Origin: Chiloscyllium plagiosum
Lineage: Eukaryota
Assembly: GCF_004010195.1 (NCBI RefSeq)
Contig: NC_057728.1
Span: forward strand, 48,777,152-48,841,151
Reading direction: 5' to 3'
DNA length: 64,000 nucleotides
Position numbers and translations under genes: made by a program. A model generated the notes under the pieces. The model worked only from the letters and a program-made list of their open reading frames with translations, ran no database searches and had not been told where the DNA came from. Within the stretch, counting starts at the first letter, position 1. Each line of letters begins with the position of its first letter. Shown in pieces: positions 39,801-50,070 of the stretch.

Positions 39801-40641
39801 TTAGTCCCTACCCTCCCCTTCACTGTTTTGATCATACAGCACTGCCCTTTGATGTGAAGGGCAGTGTTTGTCACTGGCCACCCGGGTGTTTTCCTATCTT
39901 CCTGGAGGTAGAATTTGAATAAAGGTCCGTGCACTTTGTGTCTTTCACTGTGTCCCACACCTGCGCACACACACCATGGGTGCTGGGGATAAAATAAGCA
40001 CTACCGCACTTAGGTGGTAGTGTGGGGGTTAAATTTTAAAAAAGAACAATAAAAAACCAGGAGACTTTGTATTTAAAAAAAATAAAAAATATATAAACAG
40101 GAGATCTACCGCACTTAGGTGGTAGTGTGGGGGTTAAAAAGAAAAAAAGAACAGGTGGGGATTCCTCCCACCGTCAAACCCTCCCAGGACGGGGACAGCA
40201 CGGGGTTAGATACAGAGTGAAGATCCCAACCCCCCACCGTCAAACACTCCCAGGACAGAGACAGCACAGTGTTAGATACGGAGTAAAGCTCTCAAAAAAA
40301 AAAGAAAAATAAACCCTTTGATGTGAAGGGCAGTGTTTGTCACTGGCCACCCGGGCGTTTGTCTATCTTCCTGGTGATGGAAATTGAATAAAGATTTGTG
40401 CACTTTGTGTCTTTCACTGTGTCTCACACCTGCACACACACACCATGGGTGCTGGGGAAAAATAAGCACTACTGCAGTTAAGTGGTAGTATGGGGGTTAA
40501 TTAAAAAAAAAGGAGTGTCTGATCACACAGCATTGCCTTATGTGAAGGGCAGTGCTTGTCACTGGCTACTTGGGTGTTTGCCTATATTGAGAGTTGGATC
40601 AGTGTGAGAATAAAGAAAAAAAGAAAATAAACAGGGGATTC
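36861..40641 (+). repeat. Head-to-tail array of poly(A)-tailed Tx1-like retrotransposon 3' ends separated by a 13-bp target duplication
   Basis: About 18 inserts of roughly 15-290 bp, each ending in an A-rich tail. Ten exact copies of AAACAGGGGATTC (36861, 37165, 37461, 37849, 38070, 38286, 38504, 38836, 39360, 40629) plus variants. The two inserts reaching furthest 5' (39134, 39728) together give ERWAPQGVECIISPSNSILI-stop, an ORF C-terminus that resembles Tx1-clade ORF2. Confidence 0.85.
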
Positions 40642-40706
40642 AGAATCTCCTCACTTCAGGGATTGATTCCGAGCTGGCTGAACACAGCCAGTATTGTGCA
40701 CATGTA

Positions 40707-42004
40707 CAGGATTGATAATCATCTCGAAAGGAGTAAGTTGATTAGAGATAGTTAACACGGCTTTGTGAAGGGTAGGTCGTGCCTCACTAACCTTATTGCG
40801 TTCTTTGAGAAGGTGACCAAACAGGGGGATAAGGGTAAGTCATTGATGTAGTGTATATGGATTTCAGTAAGGCTTTTGATAAGGTTTCCCATGGTAGGCT
40901 ACTGTACAAAATACAGAGGCGTGGGATTGAGGGCAAATTAGCAATTTGGATCAGAAATTGGCTAGAAATTGATAGAAGACAGAGGGTGGTGGTTGGTGGG
41001 AAATGTTCATCATGGAGTTCAGTTACTAGTGGTGTACTGCAAGGATTTGTTTTGTCATTTTAATAAATGAACGGGATGAGCGTGTAGAAGGGTGGGTTAG
41101 TAAATTTGTGGATGGCACTAAGGTCAGTAGATAATGGACAGTGCTGAAGGATGTTGTAGGTTATAGAGGGACAAAAATAAGCTGCAGAACTGGGCTGAGA
41201 GGTGCCAAATGGAATTTAATACAAAGTGTGAGGTGATTCACTTTGGAAGGAATACCAGGAGTGCAGAGTACAGGACAAATGGTAAGATTCTTGGTAGTGT
41301 AGATGAGCAGAGAGTCTCTGTGTCCATGTACATAGATCCCTTAAAGTTGCCACCCAGGTTGATAGGGCTGTTAAGAAGACACATGGTGTGTTAGCTTTTA
41401 TTTGTAGAGGGATCGAGTTTCAGAACCATGAGGACATACTGCAGCTGTACAAAACTCCGGTGTGGCTGCACTTAGATTATTGCGTGCAGCTCTGGTCACC
41501 ACATTATAGGAATGATGTGGAAGCTTTGGAAAGGGTTCAGAGGAGATTTACTGGGATGTTGCCTGGTATGGAGGGAAGGTCTTATGAGGAAAGGTTGAGG
41601 GACTTGAGGCTGTTTTTGTTAGAGAGAAGAAGTTTGAGAGGTGACTTAATTGTGACATATAAGATAATCAGAGGGTTAGATCAGGTCGACAGTGAGAGCC
41701 TTTTTCCTAGGATGGTGATAGCTAGCGCAAGGGGGCATAGCTTCAGATAGAGGGGTGATAGATATAGGACAGATGTCAGGTGTAGTTTCTTTACTCAGAG
41801 AGTAGTTGGAGCATGGAGTACACTGTTTACAACAGTTGTAGACTCGCCAAATTTACGGACATTTAAATGGTCATTGGATAGGCATGTGGATGAGAATGGA
41901 ATAGTGTAGGTTCGATGGGCTTCAGATTGGTTTCACAGGGTGGCGCAACATCAAGGGTCAAAAGGGCCTGTACAGCGCTGTAATGTTCTATGTACTATGT
42001 TTTA
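40707..42004 (+). mobile_element. CR1 LINE inserted into the LTR-like element
   Basis: YMDFSKAFDKVSHGRLL, SGVLQG, LERVQRRFTGMLP; (ctatgtt)n tail. Confidence 0.9.
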
Positions 42005-42786
42005 TATAAATAGTTGGTGACTTGCTGATGGGTACCAGCTTCTGTGCAGTTATTTCAACATGCTTCAGGAAAGAATGGTCTATCATATGACTTGGACCAT
42101 CAGGTCCATGTTACAACATTTAATGTAAGGTAGGCAAGGAGCAAAGTACAGGTCAATTTATCACAATAATGTAGCCAAATGAAAAAAAAATCCAAAATTG
42201 ATACTCCATAACAATGGATGCCTCGACATTAAGGATTCTTAAGCATTGCAAGGATACAGCAAAGGTGAGGGGGCTCTTGTGATGCAGAGATAGTGTCCCT
42301 ACCTCTCAATCAGAAGGCCTGAGTCCAAGTCCCACCCGCTTCATAGATACAGTGAAGATGCATTGCATCCTTCAATATTGCAGGGATAGCGTGTGTAAGG
42401 AGCAATCTCAGGATGTGGGACAGTTCACTTATATTCAGATGGGAGTTGAATTTCTAATGTGACTCATATGTCTTTGACTCAAGGACCATTTTAACACAAC
42501 CATCCAGGAGTATGTATCAAAGCTAATTAGTGCTCAGCTAAAGTTTGCACACATGCTTTAGCTTTCACAGTTGTGAGGAGATCAGAGATACAGGCGAAAG
42601 AAAAAGTCAACACTTTAATGCTGAAATAAATCAAATTGAAAACCAATTCAATTTGAAAGGAATGTAACATACAGCAAGAAAAGGACTGACTGCCAGGTAA
42701 ACACTAAAAATAGAGTGCAACAAAAGAAACAGGTATCAGCTTAAAGCTTATTGTTGGAAAAATGTTAGTGCCTATTATAAAGGATT

Positions 42787-42979
42787 TGATTAGATTCCCT
42801 ACAGTGTGGAAACCAGCCCTTCAGCCCAACCAGTCCACACCAACCCTCCGAAGAGTAACCCACCCAGACCCATCTCCCTCTGACTAATGCATCTAACACT
42901 ACAAGCAATTTAGCATGGCCAATTCACCTGACCTGCACATCTTTGGATTGTGGAAGGAAACCGAAGCACCCGGAAGAAA
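42787..42979 (-). mobile_element. HE1-type SINE truncated by the assembly gap
   Basis: Tail and central domain run up to the N stretch. Confidence 0.8.
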
Positions 42980-43011
42980 NNNNNNNNNNNNNNNNNNNNN
43001 NNNNNNNNNNN
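42980..43011. other. Assembly gap (32 N)
   Basis: Run of n characters between a SINE and a CR1. Confidence 0.99.
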
Positions 43012-43598
43012 AGTTGGGAGGTCATGTTGCGGCTGTACAGGACATTGGTTAGGCCACTTTTGAAACATTGCGTGCAATTCTGGTCTCCTTCCTATTGGAA
43101 GGGTGTTGTGAAACTTGAAAGGGTTCAGATAAGATTTGCAAGGTTGTTGCCAGGGTTGAAAGGTTTGAGCTACAGGTAGAGATTGAATAGGCTGGAGTTG
43201 TTTTCCCTGGAGCATCGGAGGCTGAGGGATGACATTATAGAGGTTTATAGAGTCATGAGGGGCATGGATAAATAGGCAAAGTCTTTTCCCTGGGATGGGG
43301 AGTCCAGAACCAAAGGGCATAGGTTTAGGGTCAGCGGGGAAAGATACAAAAGGGATCTAAGGGACAACTTTATCACACAGGGTGGTGCATGTATGGAATG
43401 AGCTACCAGAGGATGTGGTGGAGGCTGGTTCAATTACAGCATTTAAAAGGCATCTGGATGGGTATGTGAATAGGAAGGGTTGAGAGGGAGATGGGGCAAG
43501 TGCTGACAAATGGGACTAGATTAGGTTGGGATAACTGGTCGGCATGGACGAGTTGGACCGAAGGGTCTGTTTCCATGCTGTATATCTCTATGACTCTA
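43012..43598 (+). mobile_element. CR1 LINE 3' fragment
   Basis: WEVMLRLYRTLVRPLL..CVQFWSP; ctctatgactcta tail. Confidence 0.9.
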
Positions 43599-44639
43599 CA
43601 AGTCACCTGCCTGCCCCATTGTGATCCCCCTTCCCCAACAGACTTTGCATGACTTTCGTGGTTGACCATGGCCCATCCTACACAGACACTGCAAGGCATC
43701 CCTGGATAACCATGGCCCATCTGCAAGGTGACATCAACTGAGCAACCAGCAAGACCTGAATTAATTTTTGTTGAGTTAAAAGATTAAACATTGCCCAATC
43801 CTGGATTGAAAGGATGCCAATCCCTGAACTTGCATTGGACCAACTCTCTTCAACTGAAAATGGAACAGCTCTAGACTATGGCACTAACCCCTACCTGACT
43901 GGTGTCCATCATTGACCCACAAAGCATATCTTCTCTTTCCTGTTCACATATCATCATGGTATTCATCCACGTGCACTGTACTTGACAAGTACATTTCAGA
44001 CAGATATACCACATCTGACATCAATGAAGCACCACACCCAATACCTGCCCCCCCCCCCCCCCCCCCAGCCCTTTCACTATTCACTGTTTCTTACAGTCAC
44101 ATGCTACTGTCTTGGCTTCTGCATTAAATTGTCTCTGTCTCCACAAACAAGCCCCCACTCAACATTGAAAGGAGGCTGTTGATGAAGGCATCTTTTCCCC
44201 TTCCAATTTCTCACTCAAGGCCTGAGTAGGGATTTCCAGGTTCCCTTCCTGCTGTTGAACATCTTCCAATCTGAAAATTAAGTCTAGGTAGGAAATGATC
44301 CAAATATTGCCATTAATTGGCCACTTAAAGGCCTCAATTGGAAAAGGACGGGTCATCCGGCTGAGACCTCGCCTCCTCCCATTCTAAAACTTCTGAGAAA
44401 TCAGGATAAATGGGAGACCACTGGGTAGGCCACCCAAGAGGTTTACTGGTCTCCATCCACCAGAGAGAAAAAAATAAAACTCCCCCCTTAGATTCCAAAT
44501 CCTGGACAATGACCTTGAGGTGATTGATTTGAAAACTTGTCCAGGGAAGAATTCCTCTGTGCATTACATGTAACAATACTGGTAAACTTTCATAAATGGA
44601 TTTCCAAATTTGTTTTAAAGAAAATATTCTCCAATATTT

Positions 44640-44659
44640 GGCCACTAGATGGAGCCGCT
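44640..44659 (+). promoter_or_regulatory. Candidate CTCF-binding site
   Basis: GGCCACTAGATGGAGCCGCT matches the core CCASYAGRKGGCRS with one mismatch; lies in non-repeat intergenic DNA. Confidence 0.45.
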
Positions 44660-45934
44660 CTACAGCAGCAAGGCGGGGTGTTGGCAGGAACAAGGTGAAG
44701 ATCAATGACACTTTGATTTAAAGCATTTTACTTAATGCTTTAAATCAGAGTGTTGGTAGGTAGAGAAAAATTGAAGTCTGGTAATGAAAGATGCAACACT
44801 TAAAAACTAGAAAATGTGAAGAATGAAATTGAATTTGTTTCTAATAAGTGCATTAAAAATTTGGGCATGGGGAATTAGTGCAATCAAGTTTATTTCTAAG
44901 AGGTATTGATTACATTGGCACATAAGTAAAATAGCAATATAAATAACAGCAGGTGATTTACGTGCATCACCAGTACACAGAATAATGCTTAATCACTGCT
45001 GCAATCAGCTACTTTTTTTATCTTGCAATTTTAAGAAACCTTTTCATTTTAGCAAATACAGTAATTAGATTTAGACTGGAAAATGTAGAGTGAAATTGAA
45101 TGTGTTTATAATCACTATATTAAAATTTTGGGCATGCCGACAGAGTGCAATTTAGTTTATTTCGAACTAATATTGATTACACTTGCAAATGATTAAAGTA
45201 GCACTATAAACAAGGTACAACCTTCATGGTAACTCAGCCAGTTTGGGAAATTTAGCAATACAGTAATTAGATTTCGAATTGTAAAGGGTCTTGGGACTCA
45301 GGTTTCACTCTCGCAACTCCAGGACTGTAACCGACAAGTACGTTTGCCATCCAGTCTGTCGATCAGGCCTTAGAAAGATGAAGTGGAGAGATAGTGTTGT
45401 TAGTGGAGGGCAGTTCTGAGGGAATTTTGATACTTGCCTCCACAAAAGCTCAAGAAATTCAAGGCTATTATTAAGATTACCATTGGGAGAGTCAAGAAAA
45501 TCCACTCGAGCATCTCAGAATATATGCAAATAAATATAGATCAGTATATGAAAATAGTGCAATGATTCTATCTCCTAGTTGAGTTAAGGTCAAAGAATAT
45601 GTTCGGTGTATAAAAGCCTAAGCTCATTTTAATTAAATTCCTGTATGTGTTCTTCTAAAGGGCTGACTCCCTGTTTATTTTAAATGTGTTAACAGCTCTA
45701 TTGAGATTGTCATTGGAATGTAAAAGTAAACTAATATCCAGGTTGCACTTGAGATGTTGTTTAAAACATGATGTACAATATTATTTACTAAGATTTATAC
45801 AATTAAAGAACATATTTGTTATTGATCAATGTTTCTCTCTACTTATATAATTTGTTTCATTACAGTTTCAATATATCAATAAGCTATTTACTCTTGTATT
45901 TTTTCTTAACTTTTTAAAATAAATGTTTAAAATA

Positions 45935-47983
45935 AATTACAAGGGCATGAGAGAGGAACTGACAACAATCGACTGGAAACAGAGCCTAGTGGGGAAGACA
46001 GAGCACGAATGGCAGGAGTTTCTGGATGTATTTGAGGACACAGTACAGAGGTTCATCCCAAAGAAAAGAAAGATTATCTGGAGGGGGATTAGACAGCCAT
46101 GGCTGTTTTAGGATTGAGTCCTCCACTATCACCTGATGAAGGAGCGACGCTCAGAAAGCTAGTGTGCTTCCAATTAAACCTGTTGGACTATAACCTAGTG
46201 TTGTGTGATTTTTAACTTTATGGCTGACAAAGGAAGACAGGAAATGTGTCATTGAAAAAGAAAGAGCCTATAAAGTGGCCAAGAGCACTGGGAAATCAGC
46301 TACTTTGTGTCAGTCTTCACAGTGGAAGACATGGGTAATATCCCAACAATTAAGTAGAGTCGAGGGACAGAGTTGAGTATGGTAGCCATTACAAAACAAA
46401 GTGCTAGAAAAGCTAAAAGGTCTAAACATTGATAAATCTCCTGGCCCCAATGGGTTCCATCCTAGAGTTCTGAGAGAGGTAGCTGAAGAAATAGCAGAGG
46501 CGTTGGTTGTAATCTTTCAAAAATCACTGGAGTCAGGGAAAGTCCCAGATGATTGGACAATCTCTGTTGTAACCCTCTTGTTCAAGAAAGGATCAAGACT
46601 AAAGATGGAAAACTATAGGCCGATTAGCCTAACCTCAGTTGTTAGTAAAATTCTAGAATCCATCGTTAAGAATGAGATTTCTAAATTCTTGGAATTGCAA
46701 GGTCGGATTTGAACAAGTCAGCTTGGATTTATTAAGAGGAGGTCATGCCTGACAAACATGTTAGAATTCTTTGAAGAGGTAACAAGTAGGTTAGACCAGG
46801 GAAACCCAGTGGAAGTTATCTACCTAGACTTCCAAAAGGCCTTTGATAAGGTGCCTCACGGGAGGCTGCTGAATAAGGTGAGGGCCCATGGTGTTCGATG
46901 TGAGCTACTGACATGGATTGGGGATTGGCTGTCTGACAGAAGACAGAGAGTTGGGATAAAAGGTTCTTTTTTAGAATGGCAGCTAGTTACAAGTGGTGTC
47001 CCACAGGGTTCAGTGTTGGGGCTGCAGCTGTTCACTTTATATATTAATGATCTGGATGAAGAGATTGGGGGCATTCTGGTGAAGTTCACCGATGATATGA
47101 AGTTAGGTGGATAGGTAGGTAGTTCTGAGGAGGTGGGGAGGCTGCTGAAAGTTTAGGAGAGTGGTCCAAGAAATGGCTGATGAAATTCAATGTGAGGTCT
47201 TGCACTTTGGAAAGAATAATACAGGCTTGGACTATTTTTTTAAACGGTGAGAAAATTCATAAAGCCAAAGTACAAAGGGATCTGGGAGTGCTAGTCCAGG
47301 ATTCTCTCAAGGTTGATTTGCAGGTTGAATCTGTGATTAAGAAAGCAAATGTAATGTTGTCATTTATCTCAAAAGGGTTGGAATGTAAAAGCAGCAATGT
47401 GCTACTGAGACTTTATAAATCTCTGGTTAGGCCCCATTTAGAATACTGTGACCAGTTTTGGGCCCCAGGAAGGACATACTGGCACTGGAGCGTGTTCAGC
47501 GGAGATTCACACGGATGATCCCGGAATGGTAAGTCTAACATACATGAAAGGCTGAGGATCCTGGGATTGTATTCATTAGAGTTTAAAAGGTTGAGGGGAA
47601 ATCTAATAGAAACTTACAAGATAATGCATGGCTTACAAAGAGTGGACGCTGGGAATTTGTTTCCGTCAGGTGGGGATACTAGGACCTGTGAGCACAGTCT
47701 TAGAATTAGAGGGGGTCAATTTAAAATGGAAATGAGGAGACATTTCTTCATCCAAAGAGTGGTGGGCCTGTGGAATTCATTGCCACAGAGCGCAGTGGAA
47801 GCTAGGACATTAAATGTCTTCAAGGCAGAAATTGATAAATTGTTAATCTCGCAAGGAATTAAGGGATACGTAGAGAGTGCGGGTAAGTGGCGTTGAAATG
47901 CCGATCAGCTATGATTGAATGGTGGAGTGGACTCGATGGGCCGAATGGCCTTACTTCCACTCTTATGTCTTATGGTCGTATGG
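45935..47983 (+). mobile_element. CR1 LINE, about 2 kb of ORF2 with frameshifts and a deletion
   Basis: KSPGPNGFHPRVL, NYRPISLTSVV, YLDFQKAFDKVPH, SGVPQGSVLG, KFTDDMKLGG; (ttatggtc)-type tail. Confidence 0.92.
46106..46219 (+). mobile_element. Penelope-like terminus (second family) with hammerhead core, nested in the CR1
   Basis: cac-CTGATGA-ag-gagc-gac-gctc-a-GAAA-gc-TA-gtg at 46130-46164; 7-bp TSD ATGGCTG at 46099-46105 and 46220-46226. Confidence 0.75.
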
Positions 47984-48889
47984 TGATAACAATAATTTCT
48001 GATAATAACTGTTAGTGGCAGGGCTTTGGGTCAATTATTACGTATTTCTTCCTTAAATTGGTCCTCTTACTTAGGGAAAAAAGGAATATAGATATAGTAA
48101 ACTGCTGAGAAAAATCTTAACGCAAACAGCAAAACAAAGTTTTGACCTGTTTCTCAACACTATCCATTACACATACTAAGATCCAGAGATTTTATACTCC
48201 TATCTCAACTCTTTAATCTTTTACTTTTTTTCATGAACTGCAGAGACATTTCTGCAATTACTTTCTGATTTCTAAGTCTGCATATATTAACTTTTCCCAA
48301 TTCTGAAGGATTGCAACTTTCTCAGTCTAACAACTTGAATACTTCAATGCAAGCTCACCTGGCTTAGAAGTTCCACAGACTAGAAAACACGTCTGCAGAG
48401 GTGACTGGTTCCCCTGATCTGAATTGTGAAAACTTGATACCCCTGCCAGGAAAAATTTTATTCTGAACTGAATTGTCAACTCTTCTGATCTGAAATCAAA
48501 ACAAAGCTCAATCTGTCATAAACGCACCAGTATAAACATCATATCAATTAAATCCATAGGCAGCTGCAAACATAAGACTTCTTAAAACAGATGCACTTAG
48601 GTGACTGTCCAATTGACTTTTGACCTGTTTAAAAAATCCTTCACGGAACTGACAAAGTTCCTCTACCTTTGTTTTAAAATCTGACTCACAAAAATGATAA
48701 TACATATTATCTACCTTTTATCACAACATAAATACAGATGTCAGCTGAATCTTAAAAAAGGCATAAATACATAGGCTAAGAAGAAACTAGCCTTCAACAT
48801 AAAAGAAATTGAAGACATTAATCATATCTATAATTTCTTCTTTTCAGAACTATACAATATTTTAACATTAAAACATTGAGAAATTAGCA

Positions 48890-49420
48890 AGTTTTGAGAA
48901 GATTTGTAGCTGAGGTTGAGGTTCTGGATGTAGGTTTGCTTGCTGAGCTGGAAGGTTCATTTCCAGACGTTTTGTCACCCTACTAGGTAACATCTTCAGT
49001 GGGCTTCTGGGTGAAGCACTGTTAATAATTCCTGCTTTCTATTTATATGTTTAGGTTTCTTTGGTTTGGTGATGCCATTTCCTGTGGTGACATCATTTCA
49101 TGTGGTGATGTCATTTCCTGTTTTTTCTTAGGGGGTGGTAGATGGGGTCTAACCCGATGTGTTTGTTGATTGAGTTCTGGTTGGAATGCCATGCTTCTAG
49201 GAATTCTTATGCGTGTCTCTGTTTGACTTATCCGAGAATAGATGTGTTGTCCTAGTCGAAGTGGTGTCCTTCCTCATCGGTATGGAAGGATACTACTGAG
49301 AGAGGGTCTTGACGTTTTGTGACTAGTTGATGTTCATGTATCCTGGTGGCTAGTTTTCTGCCTGTTTGAGCAATGTAGTGTTTGTTACAGTCCTTGCACG
49401 GTGTTTTGTAAATAACATTA
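48890..49420 (-). mobile_element. Penelope-like retroelement, GIY-YIG endonuclease C-terminus plus 3' terminal repeat
   Basis: NVIYKTPCKDCNKHYIAQTGRKLATRIHEH (GIY-YIG with CxxC); downstream cca-CTGAAGA-...-aAAAC-GTC-tgg, a mutated hammerhead core, at about 48963-49002. Confidence 0.85.
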
Positions 49421-50070
49421 CAACACTCAAGATGCTTGACGCTATTCAAGACAAAGCAGCCCACTTGATTGGCACCACATCCTCAAGCTTCCATTTCTTT
49501 CTTTGATGATCACTAGTAGTAGTGCACGTGATCTGCAAGATGCACAGCAGAAGTACCTTATGCAGCACCTTCCAAACCCAGAACTGTCAAAAAGGATAAG
49601 GGAAGCAGATACATGGGAACACCAGGACTGCAGAGCTTAGTTCTGATCTGTTAATTGTGGGATCATCTAGCTCTATCACTTGCTGCTTAGCATGCAAGTA
49701 GTAATGTTCACAGCTCATTTTTAGGTTTACCTGCTGCTACTCCTGACATGCCCTCCTGCACTCTCCATTGAACCAGGGTTGATACATTGGCTTGATGATA
49801 ATGGTTGAGTGGGGGTTTTGCCAGGCCATGAGTTTACAGGTTGATTGGAGTATAATTCTCCTGCTGTTGATGGCCCACAGCACCTCATGGATGCCGATCC
49901 TTGAGGTTCTAGATCTGCTTGAACTCTGTCCCATTTAGCACGGTGAGAGTTATTCTCAATGTGAAGGTGGGACTTTGTCTCCACAAGGACTGTGCGGTGG
50001 TCACTCTTACTGATATTGTCATGAACAGATGTGTCAGCTGGCAGATTGGTAAGGATGAGGTTAAACAGGT
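49420..50070. mobile_element. L2/CR1-group LINE fragments in opposite orientations
   Basis: 49420-49630 (+): LDAIQDKAAHLIG. 49700-50070 (-): LNLILTNLP...SDHRTVLV (endonuclease end) and QPWFNGEC. Confidence 0.7.

Larger units (their letters stand above)
36715..42060 (+). mobile_element. LTR-like host element split by the array and by a CR1 (pieces about 36715-36873, 40629-40706, 42005-42060)
   Basis: CCAAT boxes (36832, 36854) precede a TATA-like site (ATAGAAACAG here; ATATAAACAG variant at 40091). After removing the inserts the sequence continues ...GGGGATTCAGAATCTCC...CACATGTA/TAAATAGTTGGTGACTTG...TTATTTCAACA and ends in CA. Left boundary and TSD not resolved. Confidence 0.55.

Noticed and set aside
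36908..40469. Repeated small ORFs (MVCVCAGVRHSERHK..., MESPVS...) as a peptide gene family
   Set aside because: Antisense or off-frame readings of the repeated 3' UTR, broken by A-tracts, with no splice structure.
36861..40641. CRISPR array (short repeat with variable spacers)
   Set aside because: Vertebrate DNA, no cas genes, repeat only 13 bp, and the spacers are homologous A-tailed retroelement ends.
42910..43320. ORFs spanning 42980-43011
   Set aside because: Artefacts of translating through an N gap that joins a SINE and a CR1.
44047..44067. Poly-C tract (and poly-G near 52146-52170) as a functional G-quadruplex
   Set aside because: Simple homopolymers of uncertain assembled length with no supporting context.
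47984..48725. Possible LTR or DNA element (TGATAA...TTATCACA ends)
   Set aside because: Only a short terminal match, left end abuts a CR1 tail, no TSD.
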